DNA from: Octopus vulgaris
Taxonomy: Eukaryota
NCBI GenBank assembly: GCA_951406725.2
Contig: OX597814.1
Span: 63,798,001-63,862,000, forward strand
DNA: 64,000 nucleotides
Reading direction: 5' to 3'
Numbering within the stretch: the stretch's first letter is position 1; every line of letters starts with the position of its first letter. A model generated the notes under the pieces. That model was not told where the DNA came from, made no database searches, and worked only from the letters and a program-made list of their open reading frames with translations. This document shows, one piece after another, positions 17,352-31,229 of the stretch. Position numbers and translations under genes: made by a program.

Positions 17352-18989
17352 AAAACGTAAGCTTGGGCGTAAAATATGATTGTTTTACAAATGATACGAG
17401 TATAAATGTCGGCAACATCTACATTGGGAAAATATCAAATCGCAAAGTTCAACAGCGTATAAGCGATGAGCATTAGCGTAAATGACTTCTCCAGTGATAC
17501 TGGAAGTTGCTCAAATCCATTAACGAAATGAATGCCTTTTAATCAATGGTTAGGAATGTATTCGTTGATACGTAAGGCATCCTCTTGGTCAAGCCAAATG
17601 TAATACTTTTGTCACATTAGAAATTTGTAGACGTTTCTCACATTAGAAATAGTAGCAGGTACTATCATCTAAAAACAAATATTTTAAATAATGTAATCCA
17701 AAGTACACTATTCTTAAAAATTAAAACTGGTCATGATTTGGATGTTTTGACCACACGTCTTATCGAATAAGACAAACTTAGAAGGAAATATTGACATCAA
17801 TATTATTTATTATTGTGAATATATTCAATTTAAAACACTATTTTAATACTTATATTTTTAAAAAAAAGTTATTTTATGCTTCGATGCCCAAATTTGCATC
17901 AATTTTCCGGTTAAAACGATGAAAATTACCCTATGAATCATTTTTGCTGTACGGTTATGAACGTGCAGCCCACAAAAAAAAAAGGAGAAAAATGTTAAAT
18001 TGATTAGTTGAGAGAAAACATGTTCCAACAAGAATAACCTATTTTCTTAGTGTCTAGAAACATTAAAAACCGTATAATTTGTTATCAAATAAGTCGTATC
18101 AACAGCTACGAGTTGGGTGATAGCATCTTTTCTAATTAAAAATTGTATTGTCTAGTTTTCTATAAGACTTGCATAGTTCTTTTCGGAAAATAAATGTTTG
18201 TTTAAAATATATACCTTCCCTTGAACACTGTTTCTTTTTGCCTCATTGTTCCATATACTATCGTGTCCATGCCTCTATGATGAAAAATCCTGTTCCATTT
18301 TCGTATTGTAGCCCCATGCCCGTATATTTCCAATTCCAGCTTACCGTTACAAAGTTCGGCTAGAAGATAGCTCCATCACTTGATATGTTTTTTATTTGTT
18401 TTGTTTATATTAGATTTGATTTGTTTTATTAGGTGGAAACTTTGACTTTCTGATTTCAAATTCCACAGATTAACATGCTCCCGACAACACAGAGATATGA
18501 AACAACAATGTACCGAAATTGATTAAATCATTATTAAGTCTCATAAGTCTTTGACATTTCCAACATATTAACAGTGTGCTAGTGATGGTTCAGATTATAA
18601 CAAGTGTACTGCATTGATTCACAGTGTTATCGAAGTATGTATACCAGGTCAATTCTGACGAAGCAGAACTACGGTAAGCTGGTTGCCGACTAGGTGCAAT
18701 CTACATATCTATTATTCTCGATATATCATGCTTTCGCCTGGGAGAGGACCATAATCAATATCCAAAATTGTTGCTATTTTATCACAAACTCACCACTGCA
18801 CAATCTATTTATGTTATCCAGTATTTTCTAGCTGTTGTCACAGCGAAGATGAGCATGGAAGACTCAAATTTTCACTATATTTACTATTCCTCTGCACTCG
18901 TGAATGTTATTGTGCATCAGAGGACTGTTCTAAGGATCAGTGAAACAATTAAAGATGATAATATTTCTAATTTTTGTTTTGTTTTCATC

Positions 18990-20380
18990 TTTTTTTGTAG
19001 CCTGGATCAGTTGTAGTGTTTTGATGGAGTATAGCAAGACGGTAGCTTGAACACTTAAATGTACTTTATTTTGTCGACCCAGTAGATAAGGGCCCATCGG
19101 ACGGCTTTCCTTCTCCCATGTCTTAGTGCCCATGCCCTAGCCCCGACAATGCAACCTTCGTGCTTGGCATTGCAGAATCAATGACGAGCCAATTTCACCG
19201 CTTGCGTGTCTTCTAGGTACCTCTCGTAGCTTCTTAACTAGGCTGCTCTCTATCCTGTATTCCTCTGACGCTATTTCTTTCCTAAACCTTAACGCCTTTA
19301 CTTTAATAGCCTTTTCAGGGCTATCCACCATCGTGACTGTACCTGAAAACTTTCGTTGGACTAACTTATTAACCCGGTCTCTGAAAGCTGGACGCACTGG
19401 GAAGGACGCATTCAGCTTCCAGTATGGATCCTGTCTAGGTCAACCTTACAGAATACACATTTGACTTGATTGATGGACAACATATAATTGGTGGACAACT
19501 TATGCTACTTCTATTTACAGGCCTAAAAATGACTTTTATCTAGAAACAATCTGGAGTACCCGATGCGGTTTGCTCATGTCCACATTAGTGCATTCGGAAA
19601 ATCAGGTCGGTACCTGTCTGCCATCTCCGATCATCTAGGCCTACCCTATACAGGTGTGTGTTTAAGATGACGTTCCAGTTGCCCACTAGAACTTAAAAGT
19701 GAGACGTCCCAAGGAAAACTTCCAAACCTTTGAAGAAGTCTGGCTGCCCTGCCCAGTCAGGACATACACAACAACTAGTCTAAAACCACCTGATTTTCTA
19801 TTGCATACATCCAGGACCATCTATATCCAGGAAGATCATTGGTACCTTGAGATTTAGGCATTTCCTAAATAGCCCTACCACTCCGATTCCTATTCCAGGC
19901 CGACTAAAAGATGTGAAGATCTTAAAATTGTTGAAAATAAGAGTTGGATAGTGTGTGTCGAAAATCTGGCTTTGTTGACAGTCGTCACATCCACACTTGA
20001 TGACCTAAGGTTGTTGAGCAAGTAATCTTCCCTCCAAGGCGTCCTTGCTTCCAGGGCAACCCAATGTCACGAATTATAACATGCAGTTCTTCCCCCGGAA
20101 GGTGAAGGAGATCCGAAGTCTTGTGGATTGTGCCTGGTTTAAAGTGGAGTAGTACCTCCAGGCTGATCTCAGACAAATTTTCATAACGAGTCCGCTTCAC
20201 CTGCAGGATACTGTTACTCCCTTAAAAAACGATACACGTAAAATTCCTACATAAATGTATTATCGGAGGAATTCTTAAGATCTTTTTCCTCCTTCATTAA
20301 TACGGTGGATGGAACAATTTTTCTCACCAAGAGGGAATCACGGAATGTTTAGCGGCCAGAGCTTCAGTCATGAAGAGCAC
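18990..20380 (-). mobile_element. Decayed Tx1/L1-like LINE (ORF1 and APE endonuclease region)
   Basis: 'YWKLNAS' at the end of the APE domain precedes ORF 19137..19397. The organisation is similar to the element at 31.2-33.9 kb. Confidence 0.65.
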
Positions 20381-20386
20381 TAAAAT

Positions 20387-20426
<40 letters not shown>

Positions 20427-20444
20427 CAACAACAACAACAACAG

Positions 20445-21440
20445 CAAAAGCACTCAGAGTGCGTAAACCTCCGCCAAACCTCCGCTAAACATCCCCCTTA
20501 ACGATTAGCCGGAGATTATTTTTAAAAAGAGAATATCTGAAATAAACTCGACTGCTCTCACAAACGAGAGTACTAAAAATGAGACCGACTGCTCTCAAAA
20601 ATTAAGTAACATAGAAACGGGAAAATAATCCAGAATCCTTGTCCGATACCTGATCGATCAATGGAACGTGAAGGTGGGTGTACGGACCGTGTTTGTAAGG
20701 CTGTTTGTGTTGTCTGCAGTGGGAATAGGGGCAGTTTTCTCTATGAATGGCTTTTGTAGTCTATCCACTAATATAGTGTCTTTACGACAATTAAGGCTAC
20801 CGTGAAAAATTTATCCATGCGAGAAAAAAAAACGGAAAGGACCTGTATACGGTGCTGGTAACGGAGGTTTAACAACGTCATTGCACACAAAAACGTGAGT
20901 CCAAGAAGTAAAGCTTCCTTCAAGGCAGAGCTAGAAATGCAATTGCCAATAAGGTAAGATGTTTTAAACAAGAGCGATATACTCAAATTTGATAAAACTA
21001 ATTAATTTTATTATTGTTGCTGAATATATTAGTGTTATTTAATTTCTTAACGGTTTTGCTGTCATTTGTTTGTGTAGTTTGATGTTTTTATCCATTAGTT
21101 TCTACATAGAAACGCGAGTAAAATGAATAATACAGAAACGAAAATTAAACTTTTGAAACAGTATCGCCGCCATAACTTACTTGTAAACCAAGAGCGGGAT
21201 TTCAAGGGAGATAATCAGAGAAAGACTTGAAAGTGAACGAAAGATCCTAATAGTTCATGTAAAGTAAATATAACAAATAATTCAGAATCCTTGTCCGGTA
21301 CCGGATCGATCCCCAAATCTAACCACTTCGTTCCAGTCACGAGGCCAAACATCTCTGAAAGTGTCATCCGAATCCATCCAGCGATTCTTAAGTTATCTTG
21401 TTCACGGACAAACAAGTAAACAAGCAGAACTGAAAAGCAA
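20445..21440 (+). mobile_element. Probable Helentron-associated (HINE/DINE-1-like) non-autonomous element
   Basis: Internal repeat 'aaataat.cagaatccttgtccg.tacc.gatcgatc' (20625 and 21280) and a 3' motif 'aaatctaaccacttcg...catccgaatccatcc...agttatcttgttcacggacaaacaa'. Confidence 0.5.
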
Positions 21441-21469
21441 CACTAATGGCTACTAAAGGTACAAAGCCT

Positions 21470-21635
21470 GGACCGTTGAGGGATAGAGCTAGCTGGTTAC
21501 ATCGACCCCGTGAGTAACTGATACCTATAGCATCGACCACGAAAGAATGAAATGCAAAATTGTCATCGTCAGCATTTGAACATAAAATCTACAGCCGGAA
21601 GAAACGCAGCTAAGCATTTTGTCCGGCATGATAAT
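21470..21635 (-). mobile_element. tRNA-derived SINE, family A (diverged)
   Basis: Reverse-complement similarity to 16922-17110, followed by long (AAT)n. Confidence 0.6.
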
Positions 21636-21648
21636 TATTCTGATGATG

Positions 21649-21717
<69 letters not shown>

Positions 21718-21719
21718 GT

Positions 21720-21793
<74 letters not shown>

Positions 21794-21810
21794 TAATAAT
21801 AATAATAATG

Positions 21811-21858
<48 letters not shown>

Positions 21859-22233
21859 TGGTGATGATGTTGATAATGATGATAACACCAGCGGTAACAA
21901 CAACAACTAAAATAACAGCAACAACCACAAGAACAATAACATCAACAACAACAGCAACAACAATAATAATAATAATAATCATAGTCAGAAGATGAAGAAG
22001 AGGAAATAAAAGCTGCTGCAAAAAAGTAGAAGAGGAGACCAATTATACCTCTTTATGATATAGCAGCCAGATAAACATTCACTTATTGGCTAGACAGTAC
22101 ATAAATTAATGCGTCGATGTGTTTTGAAAGATAAAAGAAGAAAAAAAACAAAAAAAAAACAAACAAAACAATTATATAAATGTGGATGAGGCAAGAAAAA
22201 CAGAGCACAAAGATAAAAAGAATAGATGCACAG

Positions 22234-22283
<50 letters not shown>

Positions 22284-22565
22284 AGCTGCGCTACTAACAC
22301 TCAACAAATGTTATAGAGGAAGAAAATGTCGAACAGGAAGATTATAGGAGTTAAATGCTAGAGAAGCCTAATGAACAAAAAGTGTACCATTTACGGACGC
22401 GCTCGCGTGCGTTTGCATGTGTTTGGTGTGTGTACCTATATATGCCAATATTTGTTTGCTTATACACATGCAAATTCATAGTAGACATAGAAATATATTT
22501 ATACATACAAACATACATACATACATACATACATACACATATACATATATATATACATATATATG

Positions 22566-22672
<107 letters not shown>

Positions 22673-22974
22673 GTATTTAGAAGGTTGAAAAGATGAAAAG
22701 AAACACACGAGTTGATATATATGCCAAGAATTCACAACGATCTCGACCCCACAAGAGTAAACAAGGGACACAGAGACAGGTAGAAACAGGAAAATGTCCA
22801 TTGTATTTGAATACTATGCCAATATTCTTTGAAAAAACTTTTCTTTTAAGTTTTCCAAAATTTTATTGTTTTCCATACTTACATTTGAAAATGTCTCAAT
22901 GACTGAAGCCGGTAGTTAAATGTTTTTTTATAAAATTATTTTAGCATTTTCTACCTTGACATTTTTTACGAAAA

Positions 22975-23140
22975 AGACAAAAGACGAAGATAGGTGGTGT
23001 ACAAAACAAACAGATGTATTAGTATAACGCTCAGGAATAGAAAAAAGTCTTTTACGTTTCGAGCCTACGCTCTTCTACAGAAAGGGACACAGAAAAAGAA
23101 GGAGAGAAAAATGTGTGTAGTGGCTAACGATCTAACATGG
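22975..23140 (-). mobile_element. Copy of the PLE-UTR-like repeat with hammerhead-like motif (23049-23084)
   Basis: Minus strand reads cttt-CTGTAGAA-GAGC-gtag-GCTC-GAAACGT-A-aaag. Homologous to 1822-1985. Confidence 0.7.
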
Positions 23141-23159
23141 CGACTAGTATATATATATA

Positions 23160-23217
<58 letters not shown>

Positions 23218-23835
23218 AGAGAGAGAGAAATGGAAAACGGAGACAAATGCGCAGGATGTAATTTAAACCATTTATATCGCTGACATATGTTTCGATGGAT
23301 ACAATAAAATTAAACCGGGAGGACAAATTATGCGGAATGATGTACCAGTCTCCAGGGAAGAGATTATAAATAACAGTCTTCATTAATAAGCCATTTATAT
23401 GGATGTAAGAAATTATAATATATATATGATATTATAATATATTGTAATTTCTTATATCTGTAAAACTGGCTTACATAGCCTAAAATAGTAGGTAGCAGAA
23501 AGTAGTTAACAACCCTCACCATATAATGTAATATCTTTGAAACAAAACCCTACCTTTCTCGTCTTGCATTGAGTATTACTAAACATATATATATATATAT
23601 ATATATATACATATCACGAGACTAATATCAATTGGCGCTTCCAAGCATTTCCTTAAACCATATTCAGTTAAATATATCCATGAGTCAAAGATGTAATCAT
23701 AAATAGTCATAGGTAATATACCGACCAAACAATCTACATACACAACTAGCACTCCGTCGGTTACGACAACGAGCGTTCCGAATACGCTAACCAAATACGC
23801 TAACCACCAAGCAACACGCCTTCATTACATACATA

Positions 23836-25056
23836 CGAGGAATGTTCATTAAATATTTTCCTTGACCCATTTCCGGTTATTATGGAAACGGAACTTGAAC
23901 ATGTATAATTATATACCTGCCACATTGTAAATTGCAGCTTTCCACTTGTACTCGTGTGTCTTTTACGACTGTTTAAGGTGTTATAACGGAGGTAGTTGAA
24001 TGCAGATCAGCGATTAGGTTGTTATACTCGAAAGGTTCTACGCCAAATGAGATTTTCGATGAGATGAAAGAGGTATATGGTGACGATGCACCATCATACG
24101 ACGTAGTCAAGCACTAGCATCACCAGTTCAAATGTGGTCTGACATCGGTGGAAACTGCTTCTATTCCTAGACGACCATATTCCACCACTGATAACGACAC
24201 CGTCCATATAGTGGAATCCATTATTTTGGAGAATCACTGCATAACTATTCGGCAACTAGCCCAAGAAGTGAAGATAAGTTTAGGGTCCGTGGAAAAAACA
24301 TTCACGGAAGTTGTCTGTACGATAAATTTCCCAGATGTTCACACATTTTCAGAAGTAGGAACGAATCCATTCCAGGCTCTTTTGGCAATGTTCCGAGAAA
24401 ACGAAGAGTGCTTTTTTGGCAGACTTATCATACAGACTGAAACATGGATCCATCACTATGATCCTGAGAGTAAAGTCCAGTCGAAGCAACGGAAGCATGA
24501 TAACTTACCACCTCCAAAGTAGGCTCGTTACCAAACCTCAGCAGGCAAAGTGATGCTCGCAGTCTTTTGGGATCAGCTCAGAGTAGTGATGATTGATTTT
24601 CTGGTGAAGAGTACCACGATTAACGTCTCTGCTGCAGTGATTGCAGGACGACGTCAAAGCTGACCAAAGGAATCCGCCTCCTCCAAGGCAACGGCCCAGT
24701 TCACAATGCGCATGTTGCCTAGATGAAAGCACACTCCTGCAGCTACGAAATCCTTCCTCACCCTCACTTACTTTCCCGATCTCGCACCATCTGACTTCTA
24801 CCACTTTCCAAACATGAAGTCTTTTTTGAAGCGGAAGCACTTTTCGGATGATGATGAACTTATTTCCGAGGTAAAGTCTGAGCTCCAGATACAACCTACC
24901 GGCTTCTACAGACGAGATGTTCATAGCTGCATAAAGCGATAAAGTGTGTCACCACTGGTGGGGGCTATGTAGAGAAGGACTAATAATTTTCCCAAGTTTC
25001 GTTTATCCCAGTCCTTGGGAAGTGGGTCAAAGGAAATCTTTAATGAACACCCTTTG
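23836..25056 (+). mobile_element. Full-length decayed mariner transposon with TIRs and TA target duplication
   Basis: Left 'TA|cgaggaatgttcattaaatattttccttgacccatttcc' matches the reverse complement of right 'ggaagtgggtcaaaggaaatctttaatgaacaccctttg|TA'. Transposase motifs 'ETWIHHYDPESKVQSKQ', 'AGKVM...FWD' and 'PDLAPSDFYHFP'. Confidence 0.92.
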
Positions 25057-26029
25057 TATTCACATGCATGCATATATACATACATTCGTGCATACATACA
25101 TACATACATACATACATACATACATACATACAAACATACATGCATTTATACATACATACATACATACATATATACATACATACATACATACATACATACA
25201 TACATACATACATACATACATACATACAGAACATACATGACAAACTGGGAAAACAATTTTTCTTAGAAATAAAAATCAACCAGCTAGCATACGCATTAAA
25301 AATTCAGTCTGTAAGAAGAAAAGTAAAAATCTATATGACTTTTCTCAAGTTTAAAATGTGACATTGCTTTTGTTAACTATTTTTCAACAATAAAGCTTAA
25401 CAATTTTGTTAGAAACGAGCTCGTTGCTTACAAGAGGATTTCAAATTATTATAAATAAGAAAGTACACACACATATATATCTACATATGGACATACATAG
25501 AGAACATATATGTAGCACATATTTATATTCATAATTATGTAATTTTCTTATGAATAGTCTTTATCTTAAGTCATCACCTTCCGTAACTTCGATGTACAAT
25601 TTTCATTAGGGTACTATTCTCCTATAAAGAATAATATTGGTGATAAATGTAAATTATACACCAAAATTCGTGGGAACTTCAGCTTTGAAACATGCCGAAA
25701 AAGTATTTCTGAATTTGAATGTACTTGTAAACAAGGATTGTTCGTGGAATATTCCTATCAAATCTTATACGAAATGCTTTTATAAATTACTCAGATTAAA
25801 AATATATAAATTAAGTTTGTATCTATACTTTCCAGGAACTTAGCTATGTTGCTAAATGTCTAAACAGGAATCAACAAAAGCTGATTTCCCTTTTAATCAA
25901 AACATAAGGCCAACCAAAACTACTTCCGCAAATATAGTGCGAAAAATCAAATAGAAACGTAAAAATAGTTGCGCAGTTAAAATTTCGCTTTGTAAACGTC
26001 TGGTAACAGGTTCGTTCTCATTGCCTGTT

Positions 26030-26185
26030 AGTTTCTTTCTGTGTTCCTTTCTGTGGAAGAGCGTAGGCTCGAAACGTTAAATACTTTTTCAATTCCCGAG
26101 CGTTATACTAATACATCTGTTTGCTTGTTTGTTTTCTACACCACCTGTCTTCGTCTTTTGTTTTTTTGTTTTCGTAAATTCTCCC
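26030..26185 (+). mobile_element. Copy of the PLE-UTR-like repeat with hammerhead-like motif (26047-26082)
   Basis: cttt-CTGTGGAA-GAGC-gtag-GCTC-GAAACGTT-A. Homologous to 1822-1985. Confidence 0.7.
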
Positions 26186-26426
26186 CTATGTGTTATAACC
26201 TCAATGTGGCCAAAATTTGATAGACAGTAAGCGAGCTGAAACCCGTTATTTCAACATATACACAAAAACACACACGCATGCACACAGACAGAGACACACA
26301 TGTATATATCTGTATCTATATATTCATATGTGTGTGTGTGTATACATACATACATACATACATACATACATACATACATTCATGCATACATACATACATA
26401 CATACATACATACATACATACATACA

Positions 26427-26458
<32 letters not shown>

Positions 26459-27789
26459 CACACACACATATATTTATATATACATTTTCCCTTTTTGAGG
26501 CGTGAAAACATTCCTGTGCAGTTCTTTCAGTAATTCCACCTTTTCTGTGCACTGCACGAATATCTCGAGTCGTTGTGGCAGATTTGGAACATTATACTAA
26601 TTTTTTTATACTTGAAACTTCATCGTCCTTTGACTGAAAAAGGCAAATTTTATTGAAATTTCTGAAACGGACGAAAGTGCTTCAAAAACAACCATAAAAC
26701 GCGACGATAATGATATTTTTCATCTTAGTTCAAATGACATTGGAAGACCGATAAATGAAATTATGTGACAACCCAACGCATTCATAAATACATGGAAAAA
26801 CGTACAAACAGTAATTACAACTACGTGAACAGTAGTCTTGCAGATAACAATAACAGTTTTAACGGAATTAGATTGCAAAATGGCATTATGTAGTAATTAT
26901 ACAGACCTGTATATGGTCTGTAAACCGGGATTTTTACTGGGTTTTTACGATTATTAGCAATAAAATTCGCAAATATTTGTTCTACAAGTATTTCAGAGAA
27001 GATCCAGTCTATTTTTGACAAAGTCTGCATATATGTAACAATACGAACAGTGAATCATATCACAAATGAAGCAAGGCGAAGCTTTTAAACACGTCTCAAG
27101 TAAAAGTCATATGATTCATTCAAATGTAGACGTTGTCAAGTTTTAAGGCAGTCGTTACCGCTCTGCTTACTAAGATGTAATCCGTTCTCACCGATGTTAT
27201 CTTTGCTTTTCATTCTTTAGTGAGTTTCCGATAAATATAGTATCCTGACTGGGGTACCTTATCGCCAAATAAAGGATGAAATCGGCTGTGGTTAGACGGA
27301 GATAGCGACAGGATCCACAAAATTTAGATATCCAAAACACGCTCTATGTCACAGCGATGCCCTTACGACCATATTAAATGTTTAGACCCCAAATCACGCA
27401 ATAGTATGCTTGATAATAAACGCATCACATGTGTTCAATAGCGAATGTATAATAATCGTGTGAAAGTATTTTACATGAGTATTAAACAGAACTTACATGC
27501 ATGTTTTGTATCACAGAAAATAGACCTTTCAAAGAGAATGTGAATTGAAGGGTTGATTATTATTATTGTGGGTATAACATACTCATTTCGGAAAACGAAA
27601 TGCAACGTAAATACTATTCAAAAGAGACATGAGTCTCATCACTTATCAGTCGTGTTAAAATATGCTACCTTTCCATTGCATTTCATACAAAATGATTTTC
27701 AACCTAATAAAAGACGTAAAGACATTAATAGTTAATTAATAATATTGATTGTTAAATTTTAGTATCTATCCTACTAGTTGTCTGCACTT

Positions 27790-28190
27790 CGATGCCATCT
27801 TGTTAATGCGTTAAAATAGATACTGATCCACTATCACTGCCTATGATTCTGGGATTGCAGTGCCTTTGGGTCCTCTATATGCAAGTTGCGGTTCATTTGA
27901 GAGCTGATAGTGCAATGCTTAAAATTTTCTAACGTTAACCTGCATGCCTTTCACTTCAGCCCACTTGTATGTAGCATACAGATCCATCTGGATTCTTGTG
28001 ATAATTTTGTATGATCAGCGTAGCTAGCGACAGTGGCTATCTAAAGTGACCATAAGAGAGCTAAAATAATAGCAATGGTCACAAGAGCTGGGGGGGGGGT
28101 ACTTAGAATTTGCAGTCAACGGCCTGATTCTGTTTTTAAGGAAGTTATGCAGGCACTCATTTTACCAGGTCTCGTAGCTTGTGATATATC
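27790..28190 (-). pseudogene. CR1/L2-like LINE RT remnant
   Basis: Frameshifted minus-strand translation gives 'ATVASYADHTKLSQ' (YADD-like) and 'QMDLYATYKWAEVKGMQVNVRKF.ALHY'. Confidence 0.6.
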
Positions 28191-28543
28191 ATGCAATGAG
28201 TCTATATATATATACTTAAGCTCACTCATATTTCGGGTTCTATATTTCTTGTTTGCATAGCCAAATCTCTCACACACACACGCACAGACACACACATATA
28301 CTACTACTACTACTACTACTACTAAGTGACAAACGTAAGAAAAGGACATTCTACTGTAGGAGTTACACGTATTAATATTTCAAACTGTTTTCTCCAACTT
28401 AGTTTCGCAAGCTTCTAACTGAAACTTGTCTCATTCAGGATTAGGTCACCAGATCTAAGTCGTGCAAATTTAGCCTGTCAGGAACAGGTTTCAGTAAGAA
28501 GCCCGTGAAACTTCAAGTAGCATTGAACCGGATCAAACTGTTT

Positions 28544-28585
<42 letters not shown>

Positions 28586-28620
28586 GTATGTATGCATGCG
28601 TGTATGTATATATGTATATA

Positions 28621-28662
<42 letters not shown>

Positions 28663-28688
28663 CATGCGTGTATGTATATATGTATATA

Positions 28689-28758
<70 letters not shown>

Positions 28759-31229
28759 TGTGTGTGTGTGCATAAATACATACATGCATAGGTAGATAGA
28801 TATATAGATAGATAGATACATACATACATACATGCATACATGCATACATAAAGACAGACAGACATTCAATTATAGGTAACTGAGCTAACGTAGAGGCGTC
28901 TATAGATAGTCGTATAACAAGTTGGCAGAAGATGAATCGGATGAAAAATAATTGTAAAATGCTAACACGTATGAAGCACTTCAGAACTCTCTTGAAGCGT
29001 TGGATAACCTTCCTTTTCTTTCATTCTTTCTTGTCGTCCTTTTTTTTTTTGTGACTTCGTTTCTTTCTTTGTGTATTTTCTCCCTCCACTCATTCTTCGT
29101 TTCATTCTGTCTGCTTGTCTCTCTTCTGTGTGTATGAGTGTGTTCGTGCGCGCATGCGTGTTTATTCTCTCTACTCTTTCTTTCTTCCTTTCTCTGTTTC
29201 TTTCTTTCCTTCTTACTTTCTTTCTGTCTGTCTGTCTTTCCTTCCTATTTATTTTATTTTCATTTATCTAGCGTTACCTAAACCATTCTTTATTTTTTCT
29301 TTTCCTCCTTCTCCTTTTTATTGTTCTTTTTCTTTTTCTCCTCCTCTTCATCATCATCATTGTCTTCTTTCTACTACTACTACTACTACTACTACTACTA
29401 GTACCTTACTGTTGCTGCTGCTGCTGCTGCCGCTGCTTGCTGCTGACAATGGTTCTTTGCTTCTTTTTTATGTTTGTGGGATGGGAAATTTTTCAGTCGT
29501 TCCCTCTATTTTCTGTTTTCCTTACTCGATCATAATCTTCTATCCCGTTCTTTCTTTCACTCATTCTTTGTTTCGTTCTTTCTTTCTCCTGCTTTGAAAG
29601 TTTATTTGCTACTACAGCTTTTGTAGTGTATTTTCTATTGTTTCTTCTTGATTTTCATGTTATTTCTGTTGTTCTTTTTATAATTATTTAAAAAAGTTTG
29701 CTACTTATTCATTTTCTATTGTTATTTATGTTTCCATCCTGTTGCTCTTTTTTTTTATCCCATTTTCATTCGTCGTCTTTTTTACATCCTCATCATCTCA
29801 CCTTCCTTTTTCTTTCCTTCTTCTTTCTCTTATTTCTTCTATTATCCATATGTTTTGAGGTAATGCCGTACCCCTGTGAGCTGTGCAGTATTCTCTTACA
29901 GCTATTTACAGTGAATGTCCAGACAAAGGATATAAAGTAAGATATGATGATGTTATTTTGGCACAATGTTTAGTTATAAAACAAATAAATATAATAAGAA
30001 ACAAATATAAACTCCGAAATAAAATAAAACGAAGAAAAACAGAAACAAATTATGCATTCGTTTTGACTAAGCACAAAGCCAGTTTATATAGGGGCGGGAA
30101 TATTGTTCACTGAATCAATCCCCACTATGCTGCTGGTAGACTTTCTTTACACTCTTCTCTGTTACTGTTTTTGGAACTTAGTCTGAGTAGGAGGAGCAGT
30201 AACCATAAACTTTACAGCCCCCCCCCCCCAGGCTACAGGCATATATGCGGTTAATGCTATTGATACGGTTCATCTTGAACATCTGTAGGTTGACGTCTGT
30301 AGGGAAAACCATACGCACAGAATAGTTGCAAAATCGCAGTTCTGTACAACTCACAGGAATACGGCTTTACTTGGGAGAATTGTTTGCTGTTAGGATTTGC
30401 TTGAAACACAATAGCTGTAACGAGAGAAGGAAATACGGAAGAACATTAAGGTGGTGTATTTAACACACATTTCCGAGTTCGGATAAGTGCGAACCGGTGA
30501 AAAAACGGTGTAGAAAAGATAAAGAGTGGATGTAAAGATAGAGTGAGCTAGTTTGGTATTGAATCATCATCTACCAATAAAACGGAATTGTTCCATATAC
30601 ACGAAGTTGTGTATGTGTGTGTGAGTGTGAATGTGTGCGTGCGCGTACGTGTGTGTCGCAATGTGTAGATATGTAAGCAATACTGTAAGATATAGACTGC
30701 ACATTTGGATTTCTGATGTGTTCAGAAAATATTCAGAGTTGAAATATTTCCGCGTCTTGGTGATGTAGTCTAGGCTCTCGGATACAATTATATCAATTAT
30801 GAAAATGTTCGATTTTCGTGAAAGATCATCAATTATCGTAAGACGAGATGTTGGAAATGAAGTTAACGATTTTAGCACTGTATTAATTATTAGGAGGAAA
30901 CATGTAATACTGAACAGGTATATCCTTGATGAATACAATGGTAGAACAGTGCTTTAGCGTTGCTAAATGAAGTTTCTTTGCTCTCCTTGTAGTTTTCTTT
31001 GGATGTTTTTGTGGGAAACTAACTTGTCAACGACAAACATCTACCATTGCTGGATGTTTTCGTAGTCGACAAATTAGGGAACGACAACACTGGTAGTAAT
31101 CTCTGTCAGTAAACGATAAACCTAACTCGCAAGTGCCTAATATATCTGGTTCTAAATTACTACAATAGTAATGTAAACTTTACTGATGTGTACAGTTAGT
31201 GGTATTGTTAAAAATATACAGTAGGCATA

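Noticed and set aside
23270-23400. GAAAC-ATAT-GTC half-hammerhead on the minus strand
   Set aside because: No matching CUGANGA core or stem I found upstream.
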